Positions 11,961-24,759 of a stretch of DNA of 64,000 bases are shown here, one piece after another. The stretch is taken from NCBI GenBank assembly GCA_964270895.1, contig OZ185435.1. One strand, written 5' to 3'. This DNA is from Podarcis filfolensis (Eukaryota). Made by a program: the position numbers and the translations under genes. Numbering within the stretch: the first letter of the stretch is position 1; the number at the start of each line of letters is the position of its first letter. The notes under the pieces were generated by a model. The model did not search any database and was not told where the DNA came from. It saw only the letters and a list, made by a program, of their open reading frames with translations.

Positions 11961-13269
11961 TCACTGAGTGCAATGGGCCTTACTCCCAAGTCAACATGCT
12001 GCAGGATCAGTGAAATGATTGGGGAAAACAAAGCTGGGGGAGGGGCCATTTCACAACACAATTTCTCCTTTTTGGCCCAATTCTTGTTTTCTCCCCACCC
12101 TAATGCCTCTTTGCCAGCTTGCCTTCTCTCTTTGTGTGACAGGACAATGGTAGCAGCTCCCACTCACCTGCTCAGGCAGGTGGGTGAGCAATTGTTAACC
12201 ACAGCAAGGAGCAGCAGCGGGTCAGGGGGCTGAGATCCCCCAAGGTGCTGCAGCTGTAACAGCTGCCTGAATGCACAGAAGTACCTGGAGTAAGTCCTAC
12301 TGAAGTCAGTGCTACTTACCCCTCTGTAAACAAGTCTAGGAGCTGGCACAGGACTGTTTCAAGAATGTGACTCTTCCTTTCCCAGTGCTGTCTTGTCCTC
12401 TGCCTCTTTGCATGAGCACCGTTCCTCAATAAATCTAAAAGATGCTGACACTTAACTGCATGTCTATAATGCAGTTCTGACTGTTACTACTGCATGCCCT
12501 GGAGGGATTAATTATCAAGGCTTAACCTTACAATAAGGCTTTATTTGCAAAGCCTTCTTACTAAATAGGAGCAAATTCTTCTCTTACAGGCAAAGAACTG
12601 AAGGAGACATTTCCCCTTTGGCTCCCATCAGCTTCTACAGATAATCTGAATTTGAATTTTTTTTCTTTTCAACAGCAGGAGAAAGTTGTCCAGAGCAGTA
12701 AGAAATGGATTCAGTCTTATGTAAGCAGCATCAGCCAGGAGGATTGTTTGAATTCTGCCCTGCTAAGGAGCTGCCCTTCTAATTACGGTTGTAAGAAAGC
12801 AGTGATTTTTGTTGTGACTGCCTTTGTCACAATCAGCATGGTTTCCGTTCCGTTGCAGTTCAGTTTCTGCCAAATTCTACATTATTCGTCTCACTATCAG
12901 TAATTTACACAACATTTTATGTAATTTATGTACATTATGACTATAGTGCAATGATGCAGTTATTTCTACATCATTCATTGCTATGGAAAGGAATTGTCTA
13001 AAGAATGTAAAAACAAAAACAAACCAACAACCATTAACTACGTATACATTGTGGATTTTTAAAACAGCCCCACAATGACCTTGTGACCAAATGCTGATTG
13101 TATTTCATGGGTTAATGTCCATCCCAGACCTGGGACAAAAACATGAACAGTGGCAGTTCCCATTCCCATTTCTGATGGAATTCCCCAGCATCCCAATTGG
13201 TCACACAAGACACCTGGGGAGGTAACCCATATTTGTTCTAGCCCTGCTTCTACACATGTGCTAGGAAAC

Positions 13270-13470
13270 CAAGTCCTTTGAAGGATGATGGAAAGAGCTT
13301 GGCATGTTTAGGCTGGAGAACATAAGGTTAAAGAGGAACATGAGAGTGGTCTTCCAATATCTGAAGGGCTGCCCCACAGAAGCTGGATAAGACTTGCTAT
13401 ATGTTGTTCCAGAGGGAAGACTAGAACTTATAGGCGGACACTGCAAGGAAGCAGATTTAGAAGAACCATT
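13270..13470 (+). mobile_element. CR1 LINE 3' fragment
   Basis: gagcttggcatgtttaggctggagaa...gtcttccaatatctgaagggctg (ELGMFRLE...VFQYLKGC). Confidence 0.7.
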
Positions 13471-13877
13471 AGCAATGGAAACCATGGTCTATTGCAAGTG
13501 TACAGTGAAATCCTGTGGTTGTTTACTCAGAAGTAAACCACACTATGTTTAATGGGATTTACTGCTAGATACTGTAATGGCGCAGTCCTGGGACCCTTAT
13601 TTGAAAGTGAACTCAATGAGACTTATTATCAAGGGTGCTTAGAAGCAAGGTGTCAGCACAACATACACTATATAATTATACATGCTGCTTTACATTGATG
13701 ACTAATTTAACTTAGTCTGAGCACTGCCTGCCTGTCTGTCTGTCAACAAAAACCAAATGCATAAAAATACAACAAAACAGCACACAGCATCTCAATGGAT
13801 CTGATATGGTTCATAATGGACAGCAAAGAAAATAACCCAATGCAGATAATGTTGGAAGTTTGGGTGCAACTTATCTA

Positions 13878-14502
13878 AGCCACAGAGTCTAGGGCTTGCT
13901 GATCACTGCGACGGGGTGAGCTCTCATTGCTCGGTCCCTGCTCCTGCCAACCTAGCAGTTTGAAAGCATGTCAAAGTACAAGTAGATAAATAGGTACCGC
14001 TCCGACAGGAAGGTAAACGGCGTTTCCGTGCGCTGCTCTGGTTCGCCAGAAGCGGCTTAGTCATGCTGGCCACATGACCCAGAAGCTGTCTGCAGACAAT
14101 GACCACTCCCACTTCAAATGGGGGTGCCTTTTGTGTGGTCGTGCACAGCCGCCCAGATCCCAGTGCGACTCCTGGTAGTTCGGGCTGGCTTCATCCTCCC
14201 CAGGCTGGATACCTGGAGGTCTCCGCCTACCTCAACCAATCGTCCAATCCTGCCTGGGGAGGCATTGCCAGGGGATTGGCCAGGTAAGGGGAGGGACCGT
14301 CCTGCCCACACAACAGAATGTGAATTTTACCCGCTGCTCTGGTTCGCCAGAAGCGCTTTAGTCATGCTGGCCACATGACCTGGAAGTTTTCTGCGGACAA
14401 AATGCCTGCTTCCTCCGCCAGTAAAGCGAGATGAGCACTGCAACCCCAGAGTTGTCTGCGACTGGTCTAAACAGTCAGGGGTCCCTTTACCTTTACCTTT
14501 AC
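13878..14502 (+). mobile_element. Sauria SINE locus with duplicated internal segment and 232-bp insert
   Basis: SINE body and (ACCTTT)n tail. 14031-14099 is repeated at 14332-14400. Confidence 0.85.
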
Positions 14503-14970
14503 ATCTTTCAGAAAGAGGTTTACATGTGGTTAAAACAGTTAGAGTAAGGACCTCCAGTTTCCTAGGCTATGTTTGTACCTTTGATATCTATGATGGCCTC
14601 TCTGTCCTTTGACATTTAGATTGATACACCTTAGGTTGCATCCAGTCCAACTTCTGCCTTCCTCTCACTCTTCTCATTGGACGGCAAGTCATGAGGTCAC
14701 CTTCTTTGGCTGTCTCCCTCAGAGCAAAGGAAGGCAAGCATGGCTGCTTTTGTTTCCCCAAGTAGTTAGCCAGCTAGGATTATATAATGATCCAAAACAT
14801 CTATTAATAAACATAAATTTCCTCATTTCATACTAAGTCTCAGTCTGGGTGTATTTCAGTTAAAGGTGTGCTCCAAGCAAGGATTCATTTCAGATTGCAC
14901 ATACCAAAGTGTTCTTTCTATGCATTAGCATGGATGAAATGTAAACTCCATACCCCCAGAATGAACTTAC

Positions 14971-15044
14971 GTTTGGCTCTGTGCCTTGGATTGATCTGAC
15001 AGAAAATGAGTTTTGCCTGGAGCAAAGCATAAACCATATCTGTC
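14971..15044 (-). other. Candidate internal exon (74 nt) of an unidentified minus-strand gene
   Basis: ctgtttttgtag acceptor and consensus gtaagt donor. All three frames are open and none gives a peptide I recognise. Confidence 0.45.
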
Positions 15045-16489
15045 CTACAAAAACAGAAGAACTGACTGAAACCCTGCATATTTCATTCAAGTGTGCAAAT
15101 ATTTGATTAGCGAGCAAGTAGGAACCTAAGTGAGGTTTCTCTAAATGTCTACCTTGTCTCATCCCAAGGCCTCTTCATCGCTAAGAGAGGATTAAAAGCA
15201 AAGAATGCATACTGAACATCTGTGTGGCACAATCCACCAAGCTGTGTGGGAAATAGCTGGGCAAGCTGTAGCCCTTTTGTTTCTCATCCTGCACCTGCTG
15301 ATATAATTCCTAGCCTTGCCATCCCTAAACAGGTGAACCACCCAAGTCTTCTAGGTAATTTTAGACCAGAAATGGGGACTCCGTGACCCTCTAGATGTGG
15401 CCAGAACCACAACTCCCATTATCCCTGATCACTGGCCATCCTGTCTGGGGCTGAGGATTTGGAAGTCCAGCAACACCTGTAGGTATCTCACTCCTGGCTT
15501 AGAGAATATCGGACAGGTATGATGCAGCTGCAAACTAGCATCCCCCCCACAAGCTAATAACAATTATGTATAGTTTGATGATTACCTCTGAGGAGTTTGA
15601 TACTTTAAAAGAATGTGTGAGTCGATGCTAGAAAGCAGGATGAAGTGCGCTGATTTACTGCAGCTCCTCATTAAGTTTAAAAGCATTCCACTGTGATGAA
15701 GACATCTGCAGCAGTTGGTGCTAGGACTTCCCCCTGCAAGGGACTCGTTAAGTGCCGAAAGGAAGAAAAAAGAAAAGATAAGCAGATCCCACGTTTTAAG
15801 CTGAATTCAAGGCCTCTTTAATGAAAACAAGCCTACCCCTTTTCAAGCAAACGGGCATTAATTGCACCCACAACTTTGTCTATATTAAACAATTGTCTGG
15901 ATTTTATGTTTTGAGTAATAGCACTGACATACTATAAAAGCAGGCATCTAACTGCACTTCCTTGAGGTGTAAGCATCCATATATACTTCTCTCCTGTTTC
16001 ATTATGGGTATAAGTCTTATTGAATCCATGCTCCTCATCTATTTTACTTCTACGGGTGGGTAAATAAGGCCTTAATGCTGCGCTTAATAAAACAATTGAT
16101 ATTAAATCAATGTAATGTGAATGGAAACCATGTTTGCACAATGGCTTGCTTCTTGGAAGCCTAGTGTTAACACAGCATTCTCACTCTTTCCAGCACTTCC
16201 ATATTTGGCACTCTCGTATATGTGGTCAGATCATTGGCTGGTCTGGACCAACATCACCTACTCTGACTGGCAGCTGCTCTTTAGCATATGAAGCATTTTC
16301 TCAGCTGAAATAATCTAACTCAGGTGTTGTCTGTCACCACTTTGACAAAGTTCCCATGATTGGGGGGGGGGGAAGCCATGACAGTTAAAGTGGCATAAGA
16401 GTGCCTTAAATGTATGGTTTGGATGTGACCCTAGTGAGCTCATGGTGGAGGGAAAGTTCAAACTAAGGACTTTCTGATTCGTTCGTCAG

Positions 16490-16653
16490 CAGTGGCATAG
16501 CGTGGGTTGTCAGCACCCGGGGCAAGGCAAGTAATTTGTGCCCCCTAACCCGTGGATTTTAGTAGGGGCAGAGAGCTGCGAGTGCGAGCGCGCCCCCCAG
16601 ATGTTGCACCCGGTGCGGCCAGCCCCCCCTGCACCCCCCACGCTACACCACTG
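16490..16653. mobile_element. hAT MITE, minimal 164-bp member of the CAGTGGCGTAGCGTGG-TIR family
   Basis: TIRs and perfect 8-bp TSD TTCGTCAG (16482-16489 / 16654-16661). Confidence 0.9.
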
Positions 16654-16914
16654 TTCGTCAGCTACTCTGCCGCATAATGTGCTTGCTGGAATGTGCTTGC
16701 TGGAAAGCAAATTGAAGTGCTCTTAGACCAGAGATTCCCAGACTTGGGTCTCCAGCTCAACGAGATTGTTGCATGAGTGGAAGGCAGCACAATGATTCCT
16801 GATAGTGCAATGGGACATTTCCTCCTCTTCTCCTGCACCCCATGCCCTCCTCAGGTCTGTTCCTGGCAGGGGTGCCAATATGAATAAAATATTTGGAGGG
16901 TGGCAGCAGCAATT

Positions 16915-17220
16915 GGCTTATGAAGATGATGGAACATGCTGAGATGGCTAGACTAACTGTGAGAACTAAAGAACAAAATGAGGAAAAATTTATTGAAGAA
17001 TGGGAATATTTGCGGGGGGGAATAACATGGTTATGTTAAAACATATGCAGGATTTGAAGTATGGCAACGGATGAGAATTGGTAGTTTAATAAGTTCAAAT
17101 TAGTGTATATAAGTAAGAAAAGAACACCATAGAAAGGTGGATGGGAAGTCAATGGATGTGAGAGATTTGTTCTGAGTGTTGTTGAAAAGAATTTGTAAAA
17201 TCTGAAAAATTAATAAAAAG
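16915..17220 (+). mobile_element. L1-type LINE 3' end (degraded)
   Basis: MEHAEMARLT...KFIEEW-like ORF2 end, then AT-rich 3'UTR ending aaaattaataaaaa. Confidence 0.6.
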
Positions 17221-18451
17221 ATTATGCAAAGGCAAGAATATATACTGAGAGGCCCAGGTAAGCCCCACCCTGCATCATCGATCACATGAGGTGGTGCACA
17301 CACACCATTTGAATGGCAATGCCCATCAACTGTGCCCCCACTGGCCCCCTCAAATATTTTATTGGGGGGTGAAGGCCCCTCGGCCCCTAGGAGTTGGCTC
17401 CTACAGTTCCAGAGGGCCACTGGGAGAGGAGAGAAATGCTTGTGCTGATGGTTTATTGTGCATATTTGAGGTTCCTGAGTATATCTGTTTGAATGGTGCC
17501 CCAAATTTCCATCATATCCTCCCTGTCACTTCGTGTGGCTAAGCAATATAGTGTGACTGTTGAGGCATCTAGCCAATATGGAGGTCAAGAGGAAGGGATA
17601 CAGCAAGGAGAAAATGAGAGCAAGTTCCTCTGGAACGATCTGACAGGAAATGACAGAATGTTGGCCCTATTTTGAAAGAAAAAGAGCCGTGGGGGGAGGA
17701 GGAGACAAGTTCTTCCTAACCACAGAGCAGTGCCAGATCTCAGTAGGTGAGGATGATGAAATAATAAAGCCTTTCCCGTGCATGTTTTTCATTACCCTTT
17801 TTTTGTTTTTCTTCCAAGTGCTTTGGAAACAGAACAGAAGGCCCATCTTTCAGCCAGGACCGTAATGGCCTCCTCCCAAGGGGATAACAGCTGCACAAAT
17901 AGGAGGGAGACCTCGGTGGAATTGATCCCAACACCTTCCTAATGGAAAGAATCATTTGCTAAGCCCGCTTTATGCCATTGGTACATAATTAGCAGCCAAG
18001 GGGGCTAAGGGTTAAAGACCATGTTTCCAACCTCCTTAGAAACGGAGCGAAGCTTTAAATGTTTCCCTTCTGTGTTCCAAACAGGTAGCCGAGAAAACAA
18101 TTGTTTCAAATAAGTCTTGGCCGGCTGAGTCATGTCTCTGAATCCATTGAATCTTATTAGATGGAAATTAGGTAGTTTGGTGTCAGGGCATAGAAATTTA
18201 TTAGCAGACTTGCTTGCCTGAATCCCAAACACACTAAAATGAGCCTGGTCAAGGGCCCCAAATTAGTGCCCTTAAAAACGATCCTATAAAGAAGGATTTT
18301 TAATAAATAAAATAGAGTTAACAACAACACTATTTATACCCCACCCACCTGGCTGGGTTGCCCCAGCCACTCTGGGTAGCTTCCAACACATATAAAGACA
18401 TAATAAAACATCAAGCATCAGAACACAGCCTATTACACTAAATATCCAATA

Positions 18452-18690
18452 CAGTGGTACCTCAGGTTAAGTACTTAATTCGTTCCAGAGGTCCGTACTT
18501 AACCTGAAACTGTTCTTAACCTGAAGCACCACTTTAGCTAATGGAGCCTCCTGCTGCTGCCGCGCCGGAGCACAATTTCTGTTCTCATCCTGAAGCAAAG
18601 TTCTTAACCTGAAGCAATATTTCTGAGTTAGCGGAGTCTGTAACCTGAAGCGTATGTAACCTGAGGTGTATGTAACCTAAGGTACCACTG
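18452..18690. mobile_element. Tigger-like MITE, copy 3
   Basis: TIRs and TA TSD. Confidence 0.9.
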
Positions 18691-19020
18691 TATAGTTTGT
18701 GTCTTGCCATAGAAAATCCATAGAAGTCAGTGTCTCATTCTTTGTATCAGGACATATGGGTTTGGTTCCAGACTTGGTTCTAGAAAAGCCAACTTAAATT
18801 TTGTCTGGGTTATAGTCTTGATTTTACAAGATGGCTTTAAGCAGAACTTAACTAATGATGGAAGGAGACTACAGCTCATCGGAAGAATAGCTGTTTTTTG
18901 CATGCAGGAGGTCTCAGGTCACATCTCCAATTAGGATCAGGCAACAGGTGATGGAAAAGACCCTCTGCTTGAGACCGGCTGCCAGTCAGAGTAGACTCAG
19001 CTAGATGGCGTATTAGGTAG

Positions 19021-19404
19021 AAAGGTAAAGATAAAGGACTCCTGGACGGTTAAGTCCAGTCAAAGGCGACTATGGGGTTGTGGCGCTCATCTCGCTTTCA
19101 GGCCAAGGGAGCCGGCATTTGTCTACAGACAGCTTTCCGGGTCATGTGGCCAGCATGACTAAACCACTTCTGGCACAATGGGACACTGTGACGGAAACCA
19201 GAATGCATGGAAACACTGTTTACTTTCCCGCCGCAGTGGTACCTATTTATCTACTTGCACTGGCGTGCTTTCGAACTGCTAGGTTGGCAGGAGCTGGGAC
19301 AGAGCAAAGGGAGCTCATTCCATGGTGAGGATTTGAACCACCAACCTTCCTATCTGCAAGCCCAAGAGGCTCAGTGGTTTAGACCACAGCGCCACCCGCA
19401 TCCC
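19021..19404 (-). mobile_element. Sauria SINE (longer variant)
   Basis: Tail, body and complete head (gcgccacccgcatccc on +). Confidence 0.9.
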
Positions 19405-19631
19405 TACCTATTAGTACATGCCTAGTATAAGCAGCTTCATGATGGTTGTGTTTCAGCTCAAGCATCGGGTTGTGGAAGCATTAAGTAGGTTCCCATTAAA
19501 ATGCAAACCATCCCTACTGCTATCTCACGTGGTTTTGGTGTGCATGCAAATCATGCAGCCAGGTGACAGGAGGTCTTTCTCATCTAATCAGAAACTACCC
19601 ACTCAATCAGCACAGTCAGTGTTGCTGCAGT

Positions 19632-19634
<3 letters not shown>

Positions 19635-19666
<32 letters not shown>
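19635..19666. repeat. (GA)n microsatellite
   Basis: Direct inspection. Confidence 0.95.
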
Positions 19667-19669
<3 letters not shown>

Positions 19670-19800
19670 CAGTTGGTAGAGCACGAGACTTTTAATCTTA
19701 GGGTTCTGGGTTCAAGCCCCCCGTTGGATTCCCGCATTGCAGGAGGTTGGGTTAGATTACCCTTGTGGTTTCTTCCAATGCTTCCATTCTATGATTCTAT
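19666..19800 (+). mobile_element. tRNA-Lys(UUU)-headed SINE with CR1-type tail
   Basis: agctcagttggtagagca-gagacttttaatct-agggtt-tgggttcaag is tRNA-Lys-like but lacks the 5' acceptor strand. Ends ttctatgattctat, a CR1 3' repeat. Confidence 0.75.
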
Positions 19801-21954
19801 ATCCTACAACTGTGTGAAATTGTGCCATGCAGAAGTGCTTCCTTTGCTGCTGGGTGCATGTGTAAATAAAGTCTTACAGCACAATTCTACCCAGAAATGA
19901 GATCTATTGAATTCCAAAGCTCTTACTCCCAGATATAAATGGGGTTAGCCCTACAGTTTTAGCTATATGGCTATATTTGAGTGGATTCAATCCAGTCCAA
20001 ATGTGAAATATATGTGGGATCTGGATCTTCACTCAGCAACAGTGAAAAGCTGAGATTTCTGCATTCAGATATTTAAAGCAGGGGCTGGTTTTAAAGTAAG
20101 TGTATGATGTCTAAGTGTCAAGGTGTTTTAAATCCATACTAACACATTTTTTTGGCTTTGTTTAATCTATAAGCAAGAATTAAATGAGTCATTCAAGGTA
20201 GTGCAATATAGCGCCACCAGAAGTTGACAGTGGTGGTACCATACCACTGTCAAAACATAATGTCTTTTCTTCAATACTGATAGGAGTTCCGTAACCTATA
20301 TGATCAATGTAATTTATCACGAGATTCAAGCAGTGACAGCACATACTTGAGAACAGGCAGATAAAGTTGCAATTATCTTCTCTGGAGGCTGTTGGTCATC
20401 CAAGCTTCTCTGTTATCTCTTGTAAGGATTGATTTTAAGCTCCTTGTTCTCTTTGGTATGGTAATGTTTATGTATAGCCATCAAACGCCACTGAATTCAG
20501 GGCTCCACAAGACTGTTGGAAGGGTGATCGCATGACAAGGATCAGAGTATTGGGCATCCAATTATTTTAATTCCTCACACTTTAGACACCAAGTATTACC
20601 ATATTTACTCGAGTCGAATGCTGCACAGTCCTGCTGCATGTTCCAGTCAAGACAGGTCTGTGGGGAGGGGAACAAAAAATGTGTCTTCATTACACCAGTT
20701 CCTAGGCCAGGATGGCAGCAGGGATTAGTCCCGCTCCACCTTCAAAGCACCTCATTTTGGAGGATTCCACTGGCTACCACCAATGGAGGTACTGCCAGTG
20801 GTAGCTTCCATCCACCATTTTGAAGCGCTCCAGGCTGATGGATCCAGACAGGGCCGAAACATTGAAACCACCTCCAGCATGGCAGTTTGGGGGTTTGGAT
20901 TGCTCTGTCCCATCTGTGATGACTGGGCACATAATGACTCTGGCCTTTGCTCATCCTTGCTATATGACCAATCACTATTTCTTTAGCTATTCAGTTTCTG
21001 TACTTATGAAGCCTTTCAGTCCCAAACAAATTCATGATTTGGTGCACCTACATTGGTGCAGTTGCCATGTTTTTAAGGAGACACAGTGTAGAATTTGTGT
21101 CATCTCATGCCAGTCCCTGGAAAGGCATTTCCCCTTAGTTCATAAAGTGATTACAGTTTATAATGTTTTGTTAGGCCAAAGCTAACCACTGAGGACTGTG
21201 CAGGTCACAGCATTGCAGTGAAATCCTTCTACAGACAATGTAGGATTATATCCCTCAGAGACGTTACATACAGAGATAGCACCTATAAATAGTTTATAAA
21301 GGACTGATTAATGGTTAATAAAGAGTTTGAAAAATAGGTAATCAATTGTTGTAGATCACTATTGAGTCCAGCCCTTCAATAGGATGCTTATAACCATAGT
21401 TTATAACCTTTTAATGCCTGCAACATTTGTCATTATAATCATGTATCTATAGCGCACATTTTTTTACTCATGGGTGGTGGTGAATAATTTACCTGTGATC
21501 CCCAGCTATCACTGATACCTCACTGAATACTTCACATAAGATAGGTAGACTGCCTGAGGTGACTAGGAAGACAACATTCGCAATAGCACTTCCATGTTTC
21601 ATTTTCCATGCTATCTTAATTGAAACCCAACCCTTAGTTCCAAGGTGCCTTACAGATGAAATTTCAAAGTAACGCAAACATTGACAAGGGGCAATTTTCA
21701 ATTAACGCAGTGGAGCTCAGCGTAAGAGAAGCCTGTTGGAACAGGCCAATGGCCTACCTCGTCCTGACTCCTGTTCTCACAGAGGCCAAACAGAGGCTTA
21801 TGGGAAGCCTGAAAACAGGACCTAAGCGCAACAATGCTTTTTGCACTTGTGATGTCCAGCAATTGGCATTCAGAGGCATACTCAATGACAGGGGAGGCAG
21901 AACACAGCCATCATGGCTGGTAGTCATCTATCACTACTTCTAGTGGGAGAGAAT

Positions 21955-22372
21955 GTTGTTGTTGTTGTTTAGTCATTTAGTCGTGTCTGACTCTTCGTGA
22001 CCCCATGGACCAGAGCACACCAGGCACTCCTGTCCTCCACTGCCTCCCACAGTTTGGTCAAACTCATGCTGGTAGCTTCGAGAACACTGTCCAACCATCT
22101 CATCCTCTGTTGCCCCCTTCTCCTTGTGCCCTCCATCTTTCCCAACATCAGGGTCTTTTCCAGGGAGTCTTCTCTTCTCATGAGGTGGCCAAAGTATTGG
22201 AGCCTCAGCTTCACGATCTGTCCTTCAAGTGAGCACTCAGGGCTGATTTCCTTCAGAATGGATAGGTTTGATCTTCTTGCAGTCCATGGGACTCTCAAGA
22301 GTCTCCTCCAGCACCATAATTCAAAAGCATCAATTCTTCGGCGATCAGCCTTCTTTATGGTCCAGCTCTCAC
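21955..22372 (-). mobile_element. RTE/BovB-type LINE, 5'-truncated 3' end, copy 2
   Basis: Near-identical to 6995-7421. ORF 21969-22298 and (CAA)n tail. Confidence 0.92.
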
Positions 22373-22575
22373 CATGCTTTAACTATATGCTGTATGAATA
22401 AGTACTCAAACAGCTCAGTACAGTTTCATATAATGCAGACACATTAAAAGACCTTACCTAAATAAGGAAAGGTTTCCACTTTGTACTAGTCTGGGGAGAG
22501 GGCAGAGGTGCCAGCTTGTGATGGTGACAGAGGGCAGGGCAACATTGCACATGACATTGTGCAAATATGGCATCC

Positions 22576-23162
22576 TGTCAGTTACTGGCTAGATGAGGAG
22601 GAGTGGTGGAAACTGCCTGACCAAGATCCCCCAAGGGAAAGCACAGATTTGGATCCTGGCTCCTGGACAACCGGACACAACCCAGAGGAGGGGAAGAGCT
22701 GGAGACTAGGAGCCTGGAAGATGAGGAAAAGGAGGAAACAGGCTGGTACCCCAGCGCAGATGAAAGACAGGAATCAGACTCAGCAGCTTCACCACAGAGC
22801 TACCCAGACAGCTTTTCTGCTGACAGCCTGCAAGTTGCCCCTTCCCAGAACAAGGCGTGTGATGCAGAGCACAGAGCCAGTCAGAAAAAGAGAGGATTCC
22901 TTGGGGCTCACCATAGATAGACAGAAGGCCCTGACATAGAGGGAGTGGAGTGAAGTGGGAGGTTACAAGCCACTCTGAACAACTGCTTTGCCTAGGTGGG
23001 AGCAAACTTCAGAGGTCCCTGTGTGAACTTCAGAACTATTCAGAGACCTTCAGAGGTCCCTGTGTGTTCTCTTTAAGAAAGAAACTAACTGCAAGCAAGC
23101 TGGAGTTTCCCCGACTTCCTCTGATCTGCGAATGAGCTGTTCTCCTTGTCAGCTCCCTGACA
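22576..23162 (+). mobile_element. Solo LTR, related to 9549-10312
   Basis: TGTCAG...CTGACA ends, TSD CATCC/CATAC, shared start actggct(a/g)gatgagga-gtgg. Confidence 0.7.
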
Positions 23163-24759
23163 CATACCTACATCATTTGCACAATGCAAGAACATCAGGA
23201 GGAGGTGGGGGGCAGAGCCAAATGCGGCAGCTCGGCCTCCTCTTCCCCCTGATTTTTTTTTCATTGTGGGGGCCTGTCCCCCTCCCAAAAATATGGGTGA
23301 GCCCCCAAAAGGGCTTGCTCCCCCATGAGTTGGTGCCCCTGGGAGAGGGTGTGTGGTCTGGTGAGGGGAGGGCTAAAGCCTAAAGAGAGTCCAAAGGGTA
23401 AGATATAGAGGCCTGGAAGGCCACATTGAGCCTCTGGCCTCAGACGCCCCACCCCTGTTGACTGGCTGGCTGTAGCTCCCTGGTGTCTTTTCTAGCCCAC
23501 CTGGAGACGCCAAGGGTGGAATCTAGCAAAATCTGCATGCAGAGCTGCACCTCTTCCTTCTAAGCAGCTGTTATTATTACACTCTTACTTTGGAGTTAAG
23601 TACAGGTAATAAATAGCAAGGGGGAAAATGCAGTTATTTCTTATCACCTTTATGTGAAACAGATTTATACAACCCTTCTCACTATAAAAATGTATCTCAT
23701 TTTTTAATAAAAAAAAAAGAGCTTCATTTGCCAAGGCACTCATTGCATCCAATGACACAGAGTCACATAATTTTCCTCTGAAAAATTCGATACACATTGT
23801 ATCCCAAGGGTATCTTTTCCTTTCAACCGAATGATTTGTATAATTTCTCACCGCAGGAGAAACAGCATTCCCCAAGTTCTTATTGATAATTGTTGATGAT
23901 TAGTTATGGATACAAAGAAATGTCAATAGGAACTCTGAATGCTACTGGTTATGAACATACTTCCCCCTCTTTATCAGTGCTATAGCTTTCATAATTTATC
24001 TTGGAATAAATGGCTCATTTGCTTTAATAATACAAAATTTGTCTGAGCTCTCAAAACGCTGTCATTGTTTCTCGTACGATTTCAGTCAGGATAGGACCAC
24101 CACAGCAATGAGGCCACCACCAGATTGAGACTCTAGAACGTATGTGATGATTAAAGGCCTTCTTTCAGTGAAGTCCACGAACCACACAATCCACTGGTTC
24201 CCATTCTCAGGACTTGCACACAAAAACTGCTAATGGAAGAAGCAACTGCTGCCTATGAGATTTTCACCAGTTATACTTGTAAAAAAACAACCTTTTGTAG
24301 GCAGAGCCCACCCAGGACAGCTTGCAATAAAAGAAATGAAACATAGAAAAGCTAACAATGGCGGCAGCCTATGGGAAAAGATCTGCCTATGGAAGTTCCC
24401 GTCTTTGGAAGATGTACAGAGAGAGCCATTGGCTTCACCTAAGTCACTGAACACTTGTCCTAAGAGGTGTGGATGGACCCCTGCCTTGTCATTTCCCACC
24501 AATTAGTGAAGACCGGCCTGTTCTGGCAGGCTTCTGCTCTGCTGGTTTAAATCCATGGTCTGGCTTGATGACTGCTTAATCTGTTCCCCTGTATTTATCT
24601 GTATTTTTATTGATGGTAGGTTTTATTGTAGCTTGTAATTTTAACTAGTGTAAGCAGCCTGGGGGGATGCATAAGCTTCTGAAAGAAACCTTGTTATACA
24701 GAAATACTTGCATTTTACTAATTTATTGCCTATGTCCATAGACCGCTCTTCGGCCAAAT

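Noticed and set aside
19666-19728. Functional tRNA-Lys gene
   Set aside because: 5' acceptor strand is replaced by (GA)n, there are several stem mismatches, and it runs into a CR1-type tail. It is a SINE head.
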